This document shows positions 48,538-61,894 of a stretch of 64,000 bases of DNA, in pieces. The DNA comes from Epiperipatus broadwayi. Lineage: Eukaryota; Animalia; Onychophora. Position 1 is the stretch's first letter. Each line of letters starts with the position of its first letter. A program made the translations under genes and the position numbers. The stretch spans positions 13,702,001 through 13,766,000 of the forward strand of contig JAQFVV010000005.1 in the NCBI GenBank assembly GCA_028023455.1, given 5' to 3'. The notes under the pieces were generated by a model. It was given only the letters and a program-made list of their open reading frames with translations. It searched no databases and was not told the DNA's origin.

Positions 48538-50654
48538 ATATAAAAAGCATAATACTGACTGGGTTTCTGCTATAATAAAATATATTTCAAAATCTTGATA
48601 TCAAATAAGTATTGCTTTTTACTTTAATCTCCAATAATTATTAAAAATTGTAAAATACCTATTAGATAAAAGTTCATAAAGAAAAACAAAAAGATAAAAA
48701 GTTCATAAAGAAAAACAAAAAAAAATGACAAATTTCTATTTAAATTTAACAATATAAAGTGCAAATGTAAAATCATTGTTACTCACCCATCTGCAGAAGA
48801 TTTAAGAATTTCCTATGGAAACACATCGTTTACAAAGATTTTATCACCAACATCCTTATATTAGCCATCAATTTTTCATATTAGGTTAATTATGATTTAA
48901 TAGGTATGCGTGTGAACATTATCTTTGAAGAATTAATAGTACAATCTTTCATACAATCTTTACATATGCATATTTTTTCCTTAAGAAGTGAGAGAAATGA
49001 ATTCATTGAAATCAAATCACTATTTGAGGAATTATTTGAAATAAAATAGTGGATAATTTGATTCTATATAGCATTTGAATATATACTTTCTCTTCAGTTT
49101 TTTTGGAATTCAAATAATAATTCTGCTCAGATATAAAAAAAAAAAAAAAAGTAAATATTTGAAACTGCTGTAAGATCTAAGTGGCTGACCAATGAATATT
49201 ATAGAAATTAAAAGAGCATAGCTACTTGGAATCACAATAGATTTCAATTTTCTTACTTTAAAATGTAAATGTCAATTGTTCAAGATAAAAAAATACTAAA
49301 AAAAATTTTCCTGTTATGAATAGAAAAATTCCAATCTACCATATCACATATCAGAACAATAAATAATACTACAGAAAGCAAATATATTCACAAAAACGAT
49401 CATTCTAAGTATTTTACATCATATATTTGATTCAGTATTTTATATAAGCTTTTGATATCGGTTTATTATCCTGTAGTTAACACAAAACCAATCAAAGATC
49501 TATAAACAGTTAGATTGTAATATTATAATAGGGAAAAGATAAATGCCGAATTGTGGTAAGGACTCATTATGCCACTTTATAAAAAAGTAGAGATATGTTC
49601 TTCCCTTGGCATTTAGGACTGTTAGAAAATTATACCTAAAAAAAATAAATTAAAAATTTTTAAATTCAATTTTTTGTGATTAAACTATAATTACCTACAA
49701 TTCAATTAGGCAATCTGATATTTTAGATTATAATAGTTTATATGCATCTATCAAGAACATATTTGAAAAAAAGTATCTTACTGGAAGGAAATTAATTCCT
49801 GGGAACTTGTTTTGGCAACATGATTGATTTCAGCAAATTTTTTGTCAACAGATTCTAAAAAAAAAAAAAATTACTGTATATACTGTTTTAAATAAGAACA
49901 TAATTATGTTTGAAACTAAATATTTTCAGTATGTAATTTCCTAAGTTATTAATATTTTATATTGTGTACACAATAATACTGAGACTATATATATCTTGTA
50001 AATATATTGTAACCTAATGAATGAGTTCAAATAGAAACAACTAAGTAAAGGTTCAAAATATAACACTATCAAGAATTATTATAAGCAAATTATTATAACA
50101 ATGTATTATAGCAATGTATTATGGTAATCACGTGAAGTGAGTACACTAGTAATTTCAATAAAATATAACTCGGGTATACAGACTGTAGGTTTTATCCACT
50201 TTCATTTCTTGGTTTGATGTTAAGTGCATGTTTACACAAATACTAAGTGAATATGGTCTAGCAGGGCGCCACTAGATTATCTGAATCTAGACACGGTTAT
50301 ATCTGATAACCTTTCACATGTACCGGGTTTGAATCCCTTCTTGGTACTTTATTTATAATAAAATGGAAGATTTTGCTTTTTGAGCCATATCACTATAAGC
50401 ACTAATATTTAGGTAAAAGTAAAACATCTTTAAACCAAAGTGGAGTATATTAGACATAAATCATTTCTCAGATCTTAACATTAAGTTCACTAGCTCAGAT
50501 TATATATAACTAATTTAGGATGGCAATTCACTCATCCTTGCATGAAATAGATGATGGGATGTGGTTATAATAATACTAAGAGATCACTAAATATTATAAA
50601 ATCAATATTTATTTATGGCCTTTAAACAGTTAAACAGCTCATTAATTAAAACAT

Positions 50655-50692
50655 TGATGATGATGATGATGATGATAATAATAACAATAATG
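50655..50692. repeat. (GAT)n/(AAT)n microsatellite
   Basis: gatgatgatgatgatgataataataacaataat. Confidence 0.85.
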
Positions 50693-51499
50693 ACAAGGGT
50701 TTCAACTACAGCTCTAGGACTAAGCCTAAACATAAAACTAATTTTATAAAAGAAATTCATAATTATTGCTTAATTTTAGCATACTTACTTATATCCTAAA
50801 TAACTAATATTCAACCATTGATGATGATGAATAATCACACTTAACCAAGACTACACTTAATGAAATATATACGCCTCGTTTAATAAAACAAACTAATATT
50901 TATTACTACAGTTCTAACATATACATAAAAATTTCTAGATAAATATGAAAATTGACATGAATAATAATAATAATAATAATAATTGATTATATAACAATCC
51001 TCAGATTAATTTTAAGTTCTTCCCCCTTTCCCTTCAAATGTATTTTGTATTAAGTTGGACGTCACATTGACCCTGATTTTCACTCCATGAGAAAAGTAAA
51101 AAAAAAATATTATCTGCTCATTGGCACACATACTTTAAAAATCCAACATGTAAATAGAATGTAAAAAAAAATGTTAGTAAAATTGAAAGAGCAAGTTTTA
51201 GAAATAAGTTTTAAATTATTTTCTCCCCCCTCTCTTCTACCTCTGAAACGCTATACTTAACTTGAAACAAAATAATCTAATATTCTAATACTACTCATTA
51301 TTTCACATTCACTCACAATTATACACATATAAAATATCATTATGTATGTGTGTGTTTTATCCCATGATAACAAAATATTATTTAAAACCAAAATAATAAT
51401 AATATATTAGTTAAAACTAACATCATAATACCATAAAAAAGAATTGTTTTACACATTAATATTGTAAAATTAATAAACAAATAATTTTCATACTTTCAA

Positions 51500-53750
51500 G
51501 GTCATTTATGAAGCTCAAAGTTATTTTAGTAAGACATTCTTGTTTTTAATTGATCTGAATAGTCTTTAAAAGTTCTTTAAATAAAATATACCATTTTATT
51601 GCTAAAATGTTTATTAAGACTGATATCATAAAGAAAATAGATATAAAAAGTCATATTACCGATCTTTTGTTTGTGGCGAATTTCCAAGGGTTCAAACTTG
51701 TCTATATTTCTGCAGCTACTATTTCTGTTTTATGTGGGAACAATCTCTTTCTTGAGGTGTATAACTATTTGATGATGGTGACTCTATTGAGGTTATTTGC
51801 TTTAGTGGACAATTTGGAAATCATTATATTAATTTTTCTTCTCTTCCTGTCAAGCATGTGGATGAAATACAGCAGTTGTTTTCACATTTATAAATTTTCT
51901 TGAGTTTAAAATCAGTTGTTGGAACAATTAATTGGACTTGATGATTAATATTTATCAGTAGATTAATTCATCTTCTTTGAATGCAGGTGAATGCTTTCTT
52001 CCTTCTATTAAAAACATCTTATTTATCTGGTCAGTTGAAAGGTGTAGAATATTATTTTAGACACATCTTTTCTTTCCTATGTGATGTGCAGCTTCCCCAG
52101 ATGGTCAGCAAATGGAATATACATATAATTTTTCTAGCCCGCCATTTCTTATATTTTCAACATTCAAATTTGATAGTTTAATAATCTGAATCAATCACAA
52201 CAATAATCTTCATAATAATTCAAGACAGCTTTTTATATCCAATTTTTAGCTACCTTAACCAATCAGAGATAGCATCACTTGCTATTTTTGGACAAATTTG
52301 TTTTAATTAGATCTCTAATTTATTTTCAACTATATTATTTTTCAACTGAAAAGTTTAATCCTTTTTCCAGACACTTTTGTTTAAAAAAAAATAGACTCAA
52401 TTCTTATTTCCTTTCTTTTGTTTTTTTTTTCTTTTTAACATCCAGGTAACACTTCAAATCTTTGAGCTTCCTTCTTTAGATCTTGATAAGACAATTTCAA
52501 AAATTAGAGCTCTGACTCATTATAAGTTTCCAAAGTGACAATCATTTACAAAAAAATTACTACAAAGATCGATATCTGATTAAACAGATTTCCTCTTTTA
52601 ACAAAAAAAAAATTGTACAAAAAAAATAATTTGACAGGTTTAATACTTCCTTTTCTTTCAATATTTAGGAAATGTAAAATTTTGTATGTAATGTACACAC
52701 ATCCTTCATTCTTTCAAATCATTCATAAACTATCCTTAAATAATATGATTGCTAGCTTAGTAATTATAACCCAATTATTTAATTAAATCTGTAACTTTTA
52801 AATCCCACTTATAATTAAAGAAAAGCAAAATAGAAGTATAGAATAAAATGTTAGAATTGATCAAGCATAGCTTAGTTTTAAAGAAAGTTAAAATGTTTAA
52901 TATTTGAAATATAAAACAATTAAATAATTTACACATACATTGCCTATATGTATGCATTATAACTTTGCTTTTTAAAGAAAAATTAAATATTAAATAGTTT
53001 AAATGTGTGTATTACCTTTCTATCAACACACAAACAAGTAAAGCATGTAATTGTTGACCCATTCTTTCTCTGTTTAAAGCTTTTAGAACTGGACCTTGTA
53101 GTGTTTGAACTTGGATGCCCTACAGCTTCTTTTATGGCTATATAAAATTGTGATGATGATTTTTGGTTTACCTTTTCTACATGCACATTACTATAAATTT
53201 GGCTAGTGACCAAATTGTAATGGCACAATATATATATACACACACAAAAAAAATTGAAGCACAAATAACTTGACAATTCGGTAGTGACTTGAAAAAACAT
53301 GAAGCAAAGCAAACCACAGCTTTAAAATGCATCTAAAAAGCCTTTGAAGTTACAAATCTTAAAATTATTTTAGCATTTATTGGAACTTCAGGCAACATGC
53401 AATGACAAAATTCAGTTTTATCAATTTTTTAAAAATTATATGTATTGATCCACACTTACTATAATTTTTCAAACTCATTCATGAATTAAAAAATAATGGG
53501 AAGTCTTAATTTTTATAGGCAACTTATTAAAAGGCAATATATAATTCAGTATTTATTATATAAAATATTTTCCAAAAAATGTCCAAGTGAATAATTGCTT
53601 TCATCCCAATCTCCCAAGAAAATATATGTGTATCATGACGGGCAATGTTTTCCAAAATATCTCCAATTTTTAGAGTACAGTACTGTAATAATTATATTAC
53701 AAGATATTTTATATATCCATAAGGCAACACAAGCCTTGTAGAATGAAATT
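51500..53750 (-). mobile_element. Unclassified dispersed repeat with degraded coding-like segments, homologous to 8335-9830
   Basis: Collinear blocks match 8335-9830 on the reverse strand. Boundaries are approximate. Confidence 0.65.
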
Positions 53751-56199
53751 GGATATCAGCAAAGACCTGTTTCTGATACAATATTTTGCTTCAACTGCAT
53801 TATCTTACTGTTTTTAGTTATTTAACATAGATACATTAGTCTTAAGCCTCTCATTCAGTTGGGCAATATCATTTCCATCCATAATTATACATATAGAAAT
53901 ATGAATCTGTTTTTTTCAAAACCAATTATTTGTATGGTCAGAATTCAGCAAATTATTAACTGTGATCTTGCAAGAGACAGCCCAGTCAATGAATTACTTG
54001 GACTTTAGAGATGACTAACAGGTTTCATTCAGCAAATAACTATGATTGATCAGTCTTTTATACTAAATAAAGACTTTTAAAAAAAGGCGTCTTACACAAC
54101 AATGTAACTGTAAGTTGCCAATTTATTAAAATAGTAGAAATAATTTTAAAATCAATATAATGACTATAAATAGTAAAAAATAATACTAGTAATATTTTCT
54201 TTAATATAAAATTACATAGAATGTGCAAACTTTACTTGTAATTTCTTCCAAGATTAGAATGAAGAGTAAGGATTTATCTACATTTAAGAACTGATACAAA
54301 TGCTTATAGTAAATTTCTTATTCAGAAGAAAGTTAATTGAACAGGTAGATCATAAAGTTTTTTTTTTTTTTGGAAAAGCACATAACCAAATGAAAAGAAT
54401 CTGTATGATACTACATTTCCTGTTAGATCTAACGTGGTATCTTTTTTTATTTTGGCAAGTTTTTATCAGAGATTACAATCCAATATTAAAATGAGAAAGA
54501 ATGCTATTTGGATATTATTTTCTCGTTAATTATTACAGCAATATATTATAAAGAAATATCAAAATAAGGGTATTGTCTGAAATTTTACATGTAGTTAAAT
54601 GTTGGACATTTTCTTCATCTAGTTGAATTGTTAAATATGTCAAACTTCAATTTTTAAAGTACATTTAATTATTAATAATAATCCAGATAACAATGAATGA
54701 TGAACATAATTCCAACAAATAACTGTGAATACAGAAATCAGTAAAAATAATTAGTTTTAAAATAAATTCAAAATATTTAAATAAAAATAAATCTAATATA
54801 TATATAATTCAGTTATTCAACATTATTTCAAATAATTTTAAATAATAATCACTTTCAATTATCATTTAATGTAAGACTTAATTTCTCTGATCTATAGCTT
54901 CACATAACTTCAGCAAATTTCCTTAACTCACTATCTTTTACAATCACTTGGGAATTATATCATCTCTCTTAGCAATATGTCCATCCCCAATACCTTGGTA
55001 CAACATTTTTATTAACTTTCATTTTCAAATACATATATTTCCTTTTAATATTATATCTAGTACAAGTATTCCAAGTTTAACTCTATAAACAATTTCATTG
55101 TTTTTTTATCTAAAGAATTAATTTGTAACAAAAGCACATATGTCTATATTCAATTTACTTCAATTATTAAAACTATTTGAAACGTTTCAAATATTTTTCT
55201 TAATTATCAGTTTATATAAAAATGTTAATATACAGTCAGATACATAATGTTTTAAATGTATCTTATTGTAAAAATTAAAACCATATATATTAATAATTAC
55301 ACAAATATAAATTAAGTTATACTAATAAAGTTCAATAAATAAATATATCAATACTGGAAATTCAAATTTAAATATGTTTCGGTCCAAAGGCAGGTAAAGC
55401 AATTTATGCGCTGCCAGATTTTTGGTGATTAGAGATAATTTATCTTCTCAATACAATTTATTCTAAGATTTCAATACTAATGAACAATGAATTTAGCAAC
55501 TATATATAGAAATGTTTTTCAGATTTGAGATTTGCTTCAGGAACAAGGACCACTCCCTAGGAGAGCCAGGTGGTTGAAAACCCCCTTTGTGCAAATTAAA
55601 TTTATTTTAAATAATAGAACAAAGTTATTTACCCTTTTACAATTTCATTTGTATAGGGACACTCATCTTTGGCGGTTTAACCTTCAGGACGATCTGTCAG
55701 TTCCGTTCTTTATAACAAAAAGACTCCGTTCTATTTATTACTTACATAGTCGGCTTATCAATATGATCTTTTCTGGAGTATAATAATTATGACAAGGTTG
55801 ATATGACTTAGATTTAATAGGTCAACTTTAACAGGCAGATCGATTAGTTTGTTAAAAATAGTTGTTTGTTTGAACCTCTCATGCATTAACTTGATTACGT
55901 TAACTATTTTTTGTCATTTTTTTATTATATACATATACAGTCTGATATTTTAAATTTTCATACGTACACTGTTTATTCGATAAATTTTCAGAAACCACTA
56001 AAACGCTTTGCACTTTCTTTAAATTTTTATTATGAAGTAATTACGAATTTTTAGCTAGGTATCAGTCCAAGTTCATGAAAAAACAGATTAGCACAACATG
56101 CAATATATATATATTCATTTTTAAAAAATGATTAAACTGTAGTAATTGCTTATCTATAGATACTGAATAATGATAAAGATGTGGGAGATTGTGATCTGA

Positions 56200-56230
56200 A
56201 CCAACTGAAGAGTGCTGTTTCGGCACAAAT
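56200..56230 (+). ncRNA. Degenerate hammerhead remnant (same family as 60298-60341)
   Basis: accaa CTGAAGA GTGC tgtttcg GCAC aaat lacks the G of GAAA and the 3' stem I. The upstream ggagattgtgatct matches 60282-60296. Confidence 0.4.
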
Positions 56231-56508
56231 GTGCATCTTGAGGATCATATATCTTTTTCATGTCTTTAGTCATGTTTGTTACTGCACTCCTTTACAACCA
56301 GTCTCTCATCTTGCGCGAAAGGTGTAATGATAATTACACTACAGAAATATTATTCATTAAGCACATATTAGGATATTTAAATAAAAATGATTTAGAAATT
56401 AAAACATTTCATTAACAAATTTTGTTAATTATCACAGCTACATGCGCTAATTTTTTCGATGTAGTGCAATGGAAATGGATACAATAATATGTAATATATT
56501 ACAAGTAA

Positions 56509-57125
56509 TTGTTAAAACAGACAAAAACTCACTATACGTATTGCCACACACAGCAAGCTAGAGTAATCAATGGATGCCAGAAGGCTTGTGCATAAAATCC
56601 CCATCTAGTGCCTATTCATCCAATATCCCCAGATTAGTTTCTGGCTTGTGGTCTTCGTCAGTGAGGAGCCTTGGATCCGAGAGCACTGTACCTAGATCTT
56701 AGGATCTAATGCAACTCTCCAGCAACCACCTTTTATCTCCACTTAACTACAAAACTATGAGTCTTAAACTGAAAACACCTCAAGGTTTTCAATCCAAGCC
56801 CATAAGCTTATATAGTCATATGGGTCTGAACTCATAGTTTTCTAGTTAAGTGGAGATAAAAGGTGGTTGCTGGAGGGTTGCATTAGATAATAAGATCTAG
56901 ATGCAGTGCTCGCAGATCCAAGGCTCCTCACTGACGAAGGGCACAAGCCAGAAACTAGTCTGGGGATATTGGATGAGTAGGCACTAGATGGGGATTTTAT
57001 GCACAAGCCTTCTGGCATCCATTGATTACTCTAGCTTGCTGTGTGTGGCAATACGTATAGTGAGTTTTGCCTGTTTTAACAAGTTATACACAAGCATAAG
57101 AAGTGGTGGTCATGTGATGTTTATT
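56509..57125. mobile_element. Penelope-like-derived inverted repeat (~250-bp arms, ~70-bp spacer), same family as 32391-33225
   Basis: 56509-56761 is the reverse complement of 56831-57082. Hammerhead motifs at 56626-56667 (-) and 56925-56966 (+). Confidence 0.8.
56925..56966 (+). ncRNA. Minimal type I hammerhead ribozyme-like motif
   Basis: TCCTCA CTGACGA AG GGC ACAA GCC A GAAA CTA GTC TGGGGA: intact core, GUC cleavage triplet, palindromic CTAG stem III. Confidence 0.65.
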
Positions 57126-58660
57126 GGCTTACAAGTAATTGTCACAAGCAAAAAAGTAATCTCTTATATTTAATTTAAAAATATTTACAGTTAGAACTTA
57201 TTTCAAATAATAGTGGTTCGGAAACGAACATTTTCATATAAATTTCATTAATTACCACGAGGACAGCGTCAGTTTAGGTTTAGTACAATGATTGTATATA
57301 TAATTGATCGAGGAACAAAATATATTGAGGCTTTATATTTAATGTAACTGAAATTTAATGTAATATGTAATTTCTGACAATTTTGTGTTATATAAAGTAT
57401 ATAGTAGAACAACCACATTTTAAAAATATATACTAGTCAGTATATTGCCAGCAATTGTCCCAAGACTAAATAAAGTAACTCTTTACCATCAGAACGTGTT
57501 TCTATCAATGCAGTATTTAGAAATTTAATCATTTTTATTTAAATTTTATTAATTATCGTGGCGACACGATGTCCCCAATGATAAAACGCTTTTGTAGCCC
57601 CACAATTAATTAATGATTAATTCAGAGCCAAAAACCAGTCCCCTATCGGTGGAAAAGGCTGCTTAAATCCATTATCAAGCAAGATTAATCTGATACAATT
57701 ACAATTAATATATAAATATCTCATTCAGTAATTAATATAGAATGGATAACTCGTATAGGCCATTTGTGTGAAATAAAAATTCTAAGCCTACTAGTGACAT
57801 GGAATTTTTTTTTTCAAACTTCATTTACCTTAACTCGAAACACTTAAGGTCCATCTAATTATTAGCTACGGCTACGGTAAGGAATTTATATGAGCGTGGA
57901 TTAATTAAAATACTAATGAAAAATCAGGTCTTTTTAATGGGTTGTAGTAGAAACAAAGCAAACACAAAATGATAAAAGTATTATACTGTACTTGATTACA
58001 ATGGGAGTGGGGAAAAGTTGGAATTACAACTTTTGTGATAGGATTGAAATTACAAGTTCAGAGTAGGGAATGGGAAGCATTTTTTTAAACAAGCTAATTG
58101 CTCATTACATATTCATTTTAGTACAGAATCAAATGGCAAAATTAGAGCTACTTAATATCTAAATTTCAATAATTTAATTTTAAAAAAGTATATTTTTACA
58201 AAGGAATGGGGATTATTTAAAAACCCACAATTTTTTATTACAAATTTTATCCGCCAAATGATTTTTTAAAAAAAAAAGCAACGCAAGAATTTTAATTTAA
58301 TTTTTACTAATTACTGGATAAATAGTTTAATTGATTATTTATTGGGATTTTCACCCAGTTCAGAAGTTTTATACCTACTCAAGAAATTAAGTTAGAAAAT
58401 TTTGAGTGTTTTGAATGAAGACTTTTTATTACGAAAGCAGGTTGAATAATTAAGAAATATGAGAACTAGAAACTAAGCCAAAATTTATGTCAATATTATC
58501 TCGATTTCGGAGCTTACATTTTAAATATCATTAAAATAATAATAAAAAAGAGCACTATTTAATTTTCAATAAAAAGATTCGATACTTATAAATTCTTATT
58601 TTAATATTATTAAACTGTCCTAACTAAAATTCAGTAGAAAAATTTAAAAGAAAACTTTAC

Positions 58661-58850
58661 CTTCAAGTGTAAACTATAAGAACATATGATTCTCATCACG
58701 AATTAACGACATTCAGATTTTCGAACTAATAGTGCAATAATGTACGTTTAGGATGAAGAAATCGTGAAACGAACACTTTGACATATAGTATAACAGACCA
58801 AAGGCAATATTCTTTAAGGTAATCGCAGCAAGTCTTACGCATGCGTAGCA
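58661..58850 (-). promoter_or_regulatory. Candidate promoter/first exon in a CpG-retaining domain
   Basis: Palindrome TACGCATGCGTA (58836-58847), a minus-strand donor GAAG|GTAAAG at 58660, and locally high CpG density. Confidence 0.3.
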
Positions 58851-59899
58851 AAATCAGTTGTTAAATACTATTGGATAAATTTACTTTTAAACATTCTTTA
58901 TAAAAAGAAATAAGAATATTGATTAAATAATAAGTTTATTATCACTTAACTTTTCGAGATTAATCTCCAAGAGTGTTTTTTTTTTTTTTTATACCTAAGA
59001 AACTTAAATGTTTTTTACAAAAGCATTTATCAAAAATATAAGCAGCACCGTACATTTTTCGAAAAGTATCGCTGCTTAAAAGTTACAAACTTTTTTACTT
59101 TGACGTCGCTGTTTCAATAGCATTAACTTTACTAAATTAACAATTTCTCTCCCATGATGGTCATTTTTGAAATTGCTAAGTGGAATAACTAGAAGCGAAG
59201 TATACATTTTTTTTTTTTACAAAGTAAAAGAAATATAAAATTGAAATTAATTATAGTTTTTATTTGTTATAAGGGTACTAAATTCTGCTATTAAATCTAG
59301 TTAAAAAAACGGATGCTCTCTTCCCATGTTTTCATTAATATGCGAACGAAAATTTGAAAGAGAAAATCCTACAGCAGAGATTGCAATTTGATTCAGAAAA
59401 ATGGAAAAAAATACATTTATTATTTTTACGTGAATTAATTTTTTATTAACTGTTACAAAATATTTTTATTTGATTTTTATAAAGCAAATCTCAATTGCTG
59501 AATTTTTAAATTTAAGCAGAGATATTTACCTCCGGAAATCTTTTCCATTATTTTTTTACTTTACTCAGAGTTGTGCAATATACTTTATTAATAGTCTTCA
59601 TTACTTCTGATGAATTTATTTATATATTTTAAAGTTGTGTAATGAAATAGAAAATTTATGTACTGTACATCAAATCTTTCTTCGTGAAAGCAAATCATAG
59701 TTAATACTTTTTATGTGGAATATTTTTACAAACTCACGAATTGCTAACACATATCTGATAATAATTTGTTTTTTTTTTTTAAAAAAAAAAATGTCATTAA
59801 TAAAACTATTTTATAAATGGGAAATAGTTTTTTTTAATAATTATATTTGAATCATCGAATTTTAATTGTTTGACCATTATAATATTTTCCTAATTCATT

Positions 59900-60440
59900 T
59901 TCCAACTCAGATTTTCACATGACCCATGCCATCTCATATTGCTGACCCACCTGATCACACACATGTTGAAAATATAGATAATCACCATTTCATTGAAAAT
60001 CTTATTATGGAACGTTCAAAACCCACGTTAGTGCCAAGGTTGTCATCCTACCCACGTTGATGTTCTCATATTGCTGACCCACCTGATCACACACATGTTG
60101 AAAAGATAAATAATCACCAATATACTTTGGCACTAATGTGGGTTTTGAACATTCCATCATCAGATTTTCAATGAAATGGATGGCTGAAGAGTTGTGGATT
60201 GGAGTAGTTTGAAACCTGTCCATTAAAGTATGAAGATTGGCTATCTTAATATAAAGCTTAGCACTGATTGTATATATGTGTGGAGATAGTAATCTTGACC
60301 AACTGATGAGTGCTGGTTTAGCACGAAATACTAATATTGGTGATTATTTATCTTTTCAACATGTGTGTAATCAGGTGGGTCAGCAATGTGAGATGGAATG
60401 GAGAGTTGAAGGTCATGTGAAGTCTGAGTTCGAATCCCTT
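59900..60440. mobile_element. Penelope-like element fragment with rearranged direct and inverted pseudo-LTR segments
   Basis: Segment X (tctcatattgctgacccacctgatcacacacatgttgaaaa..ataatcacca) occurs at 59932 and 60064 and inverted at ~60336-60395. Segment Y encodes FIENL.ME.SKPTL (resembles a GIY-YIG C-terminus) on both strands. A hammerhead is present. Confidence 0.7.
60298..60341 (+). ncRNA. Type I hammerhead ribozyme
   Basis: ACCAA CTGATGA GTGCT GGTTT AGCAC GAAA TACTA ATA TTGGT: stem I ACCAA/TTGGT (extendable AATC/GATT), 5-bp stem II, canonical core, very short stem III. Confidence 0.78.
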
Positions 60441-61299
60441 ATATATTACATTATATGTGCAGGTGTGTGTACGCCTGTACAGTGTATTAAATTAATTCCT
60501 TTTCATTAATTTACCATAAATTTTTTCCTATTCTTCAAGAATGTTCTTAAATATGACATATCATAAATATTGCATCCAGGACTATCTCAAAATTTTTTGT
60601 TGTCCATGTCATTTATAATTGGTTATTAACAATTAGTATAGATTTTTAATTAGAATTTTGTAAATTTAAAGAAAACAAAACTGGCTTACTTTCAAGAAAT
60701 TTAACTTAATTTTTTATACATGTTTCATTTAGAAGTTCCACACACATATTATTACCACAATTAAATAAAACCTCCATCCCTACCCCACTGAATTTTAATT
60801 CTAATGTCTTGCAGTTGTCTGGAGTACAGACAAGAAACAATACAAATCATTATAAAAGAAAATTGTATTAAAAGTATTTAATTATAACTATTTATCAAAT
60901 GAGCATAAAATTAGATAAATAAAATATTGTAATGAATCTAACACAAATTATATAATAATTAAAATATATACTTGCTTAGCATGTATTCATTTTGAACAAT
61001 GATTACTTAAGAAATTAATTCATTGTCAGATAGTCGCATTCAAGAGACTATGAATTTGAGTGGAAAACAATTCTTCAGTGAGATAAAAAAGATCAGAGAA
61101 CTCACCCAGAGTTTTGCATTTCAAAAGTTGAAATGCAACCTGAAGAATTTTATGGAACATATACAGAGTTGCTGCCACTAGTGATTGGCATTTGAGCAAA
61201 AGTTGATATTACTAAAAATATTTAACTTGAAATCAGATCCTAAAGTGTTATATGATCACAATTTCTTATGTTTACATAAGCTGTTGAACAGTAGTAACC

Positions 61300-61490
61300 C
61301 TCCATACAATGATGACCCAGTGCAAGCCATAGAAATCAATGGATGTTAGAAGATCATAAATTAGAAACTAGTCTGGAGATCTTGGATTAGTAGTCATTAA
61401 ATAGGGATTTTGGTGCATAAACCTAGCATCCATAATTATTATGGCTTGTACTGGATGGCATCACTGTATAGAGAGGCTTGCTACTGTTTT
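61300..61490. mobile_element. Degenerate inverted copy of the 32391/56509 hammerhead repeat family
   Basis: aatcaatggatg..., agaaactagtctggagat, gggattttggtgcataaacc..gcatccat. A further degenerate copy lies at ~63400-63530. Confidence 0.5.
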
Positions 61491-61894
61491 AAATGATCCT
61501 TTTAAGTAAAAAATTTTCAGATGCTGGTAACAATAATGAGGTGATGATTAAGTATTAAGAAAAATATGATTTTTATCTTTATTATCGCAAAAATTTACAA
61601 TGAAGTATAATCATTTCATAAAATTTTCTTGCTTTTTGTTTCACAAAATATTGATTGTATCATCATAATTTTAAAGTTTCATATGTTTTTATTTAATAGA
61701 CAGTAATAATAGACCTTTTTTTGAATCATGGTAATTCTTAGTTAATTTTTTTACTAATTGTAGTTTAGAAAAATACATTTTGTGATTGAATTTGCAAATA
61801 ATAATTAAAACCCCAAAATTTTAATTATTTATTTATGATCTTTATCAAGAGAAATGATACCATCAGTCTAGAATAATTGTAGGTATATATATAT

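Noticed and set aside
48787-49130. Minus-strand exon with CxC/CxxC (LLKEKICICKDCMKDC)
   Set aside because: It has a good donor but stops in all frames across the putative exon, so it cannot be called a host CDS or assigned to a TE.
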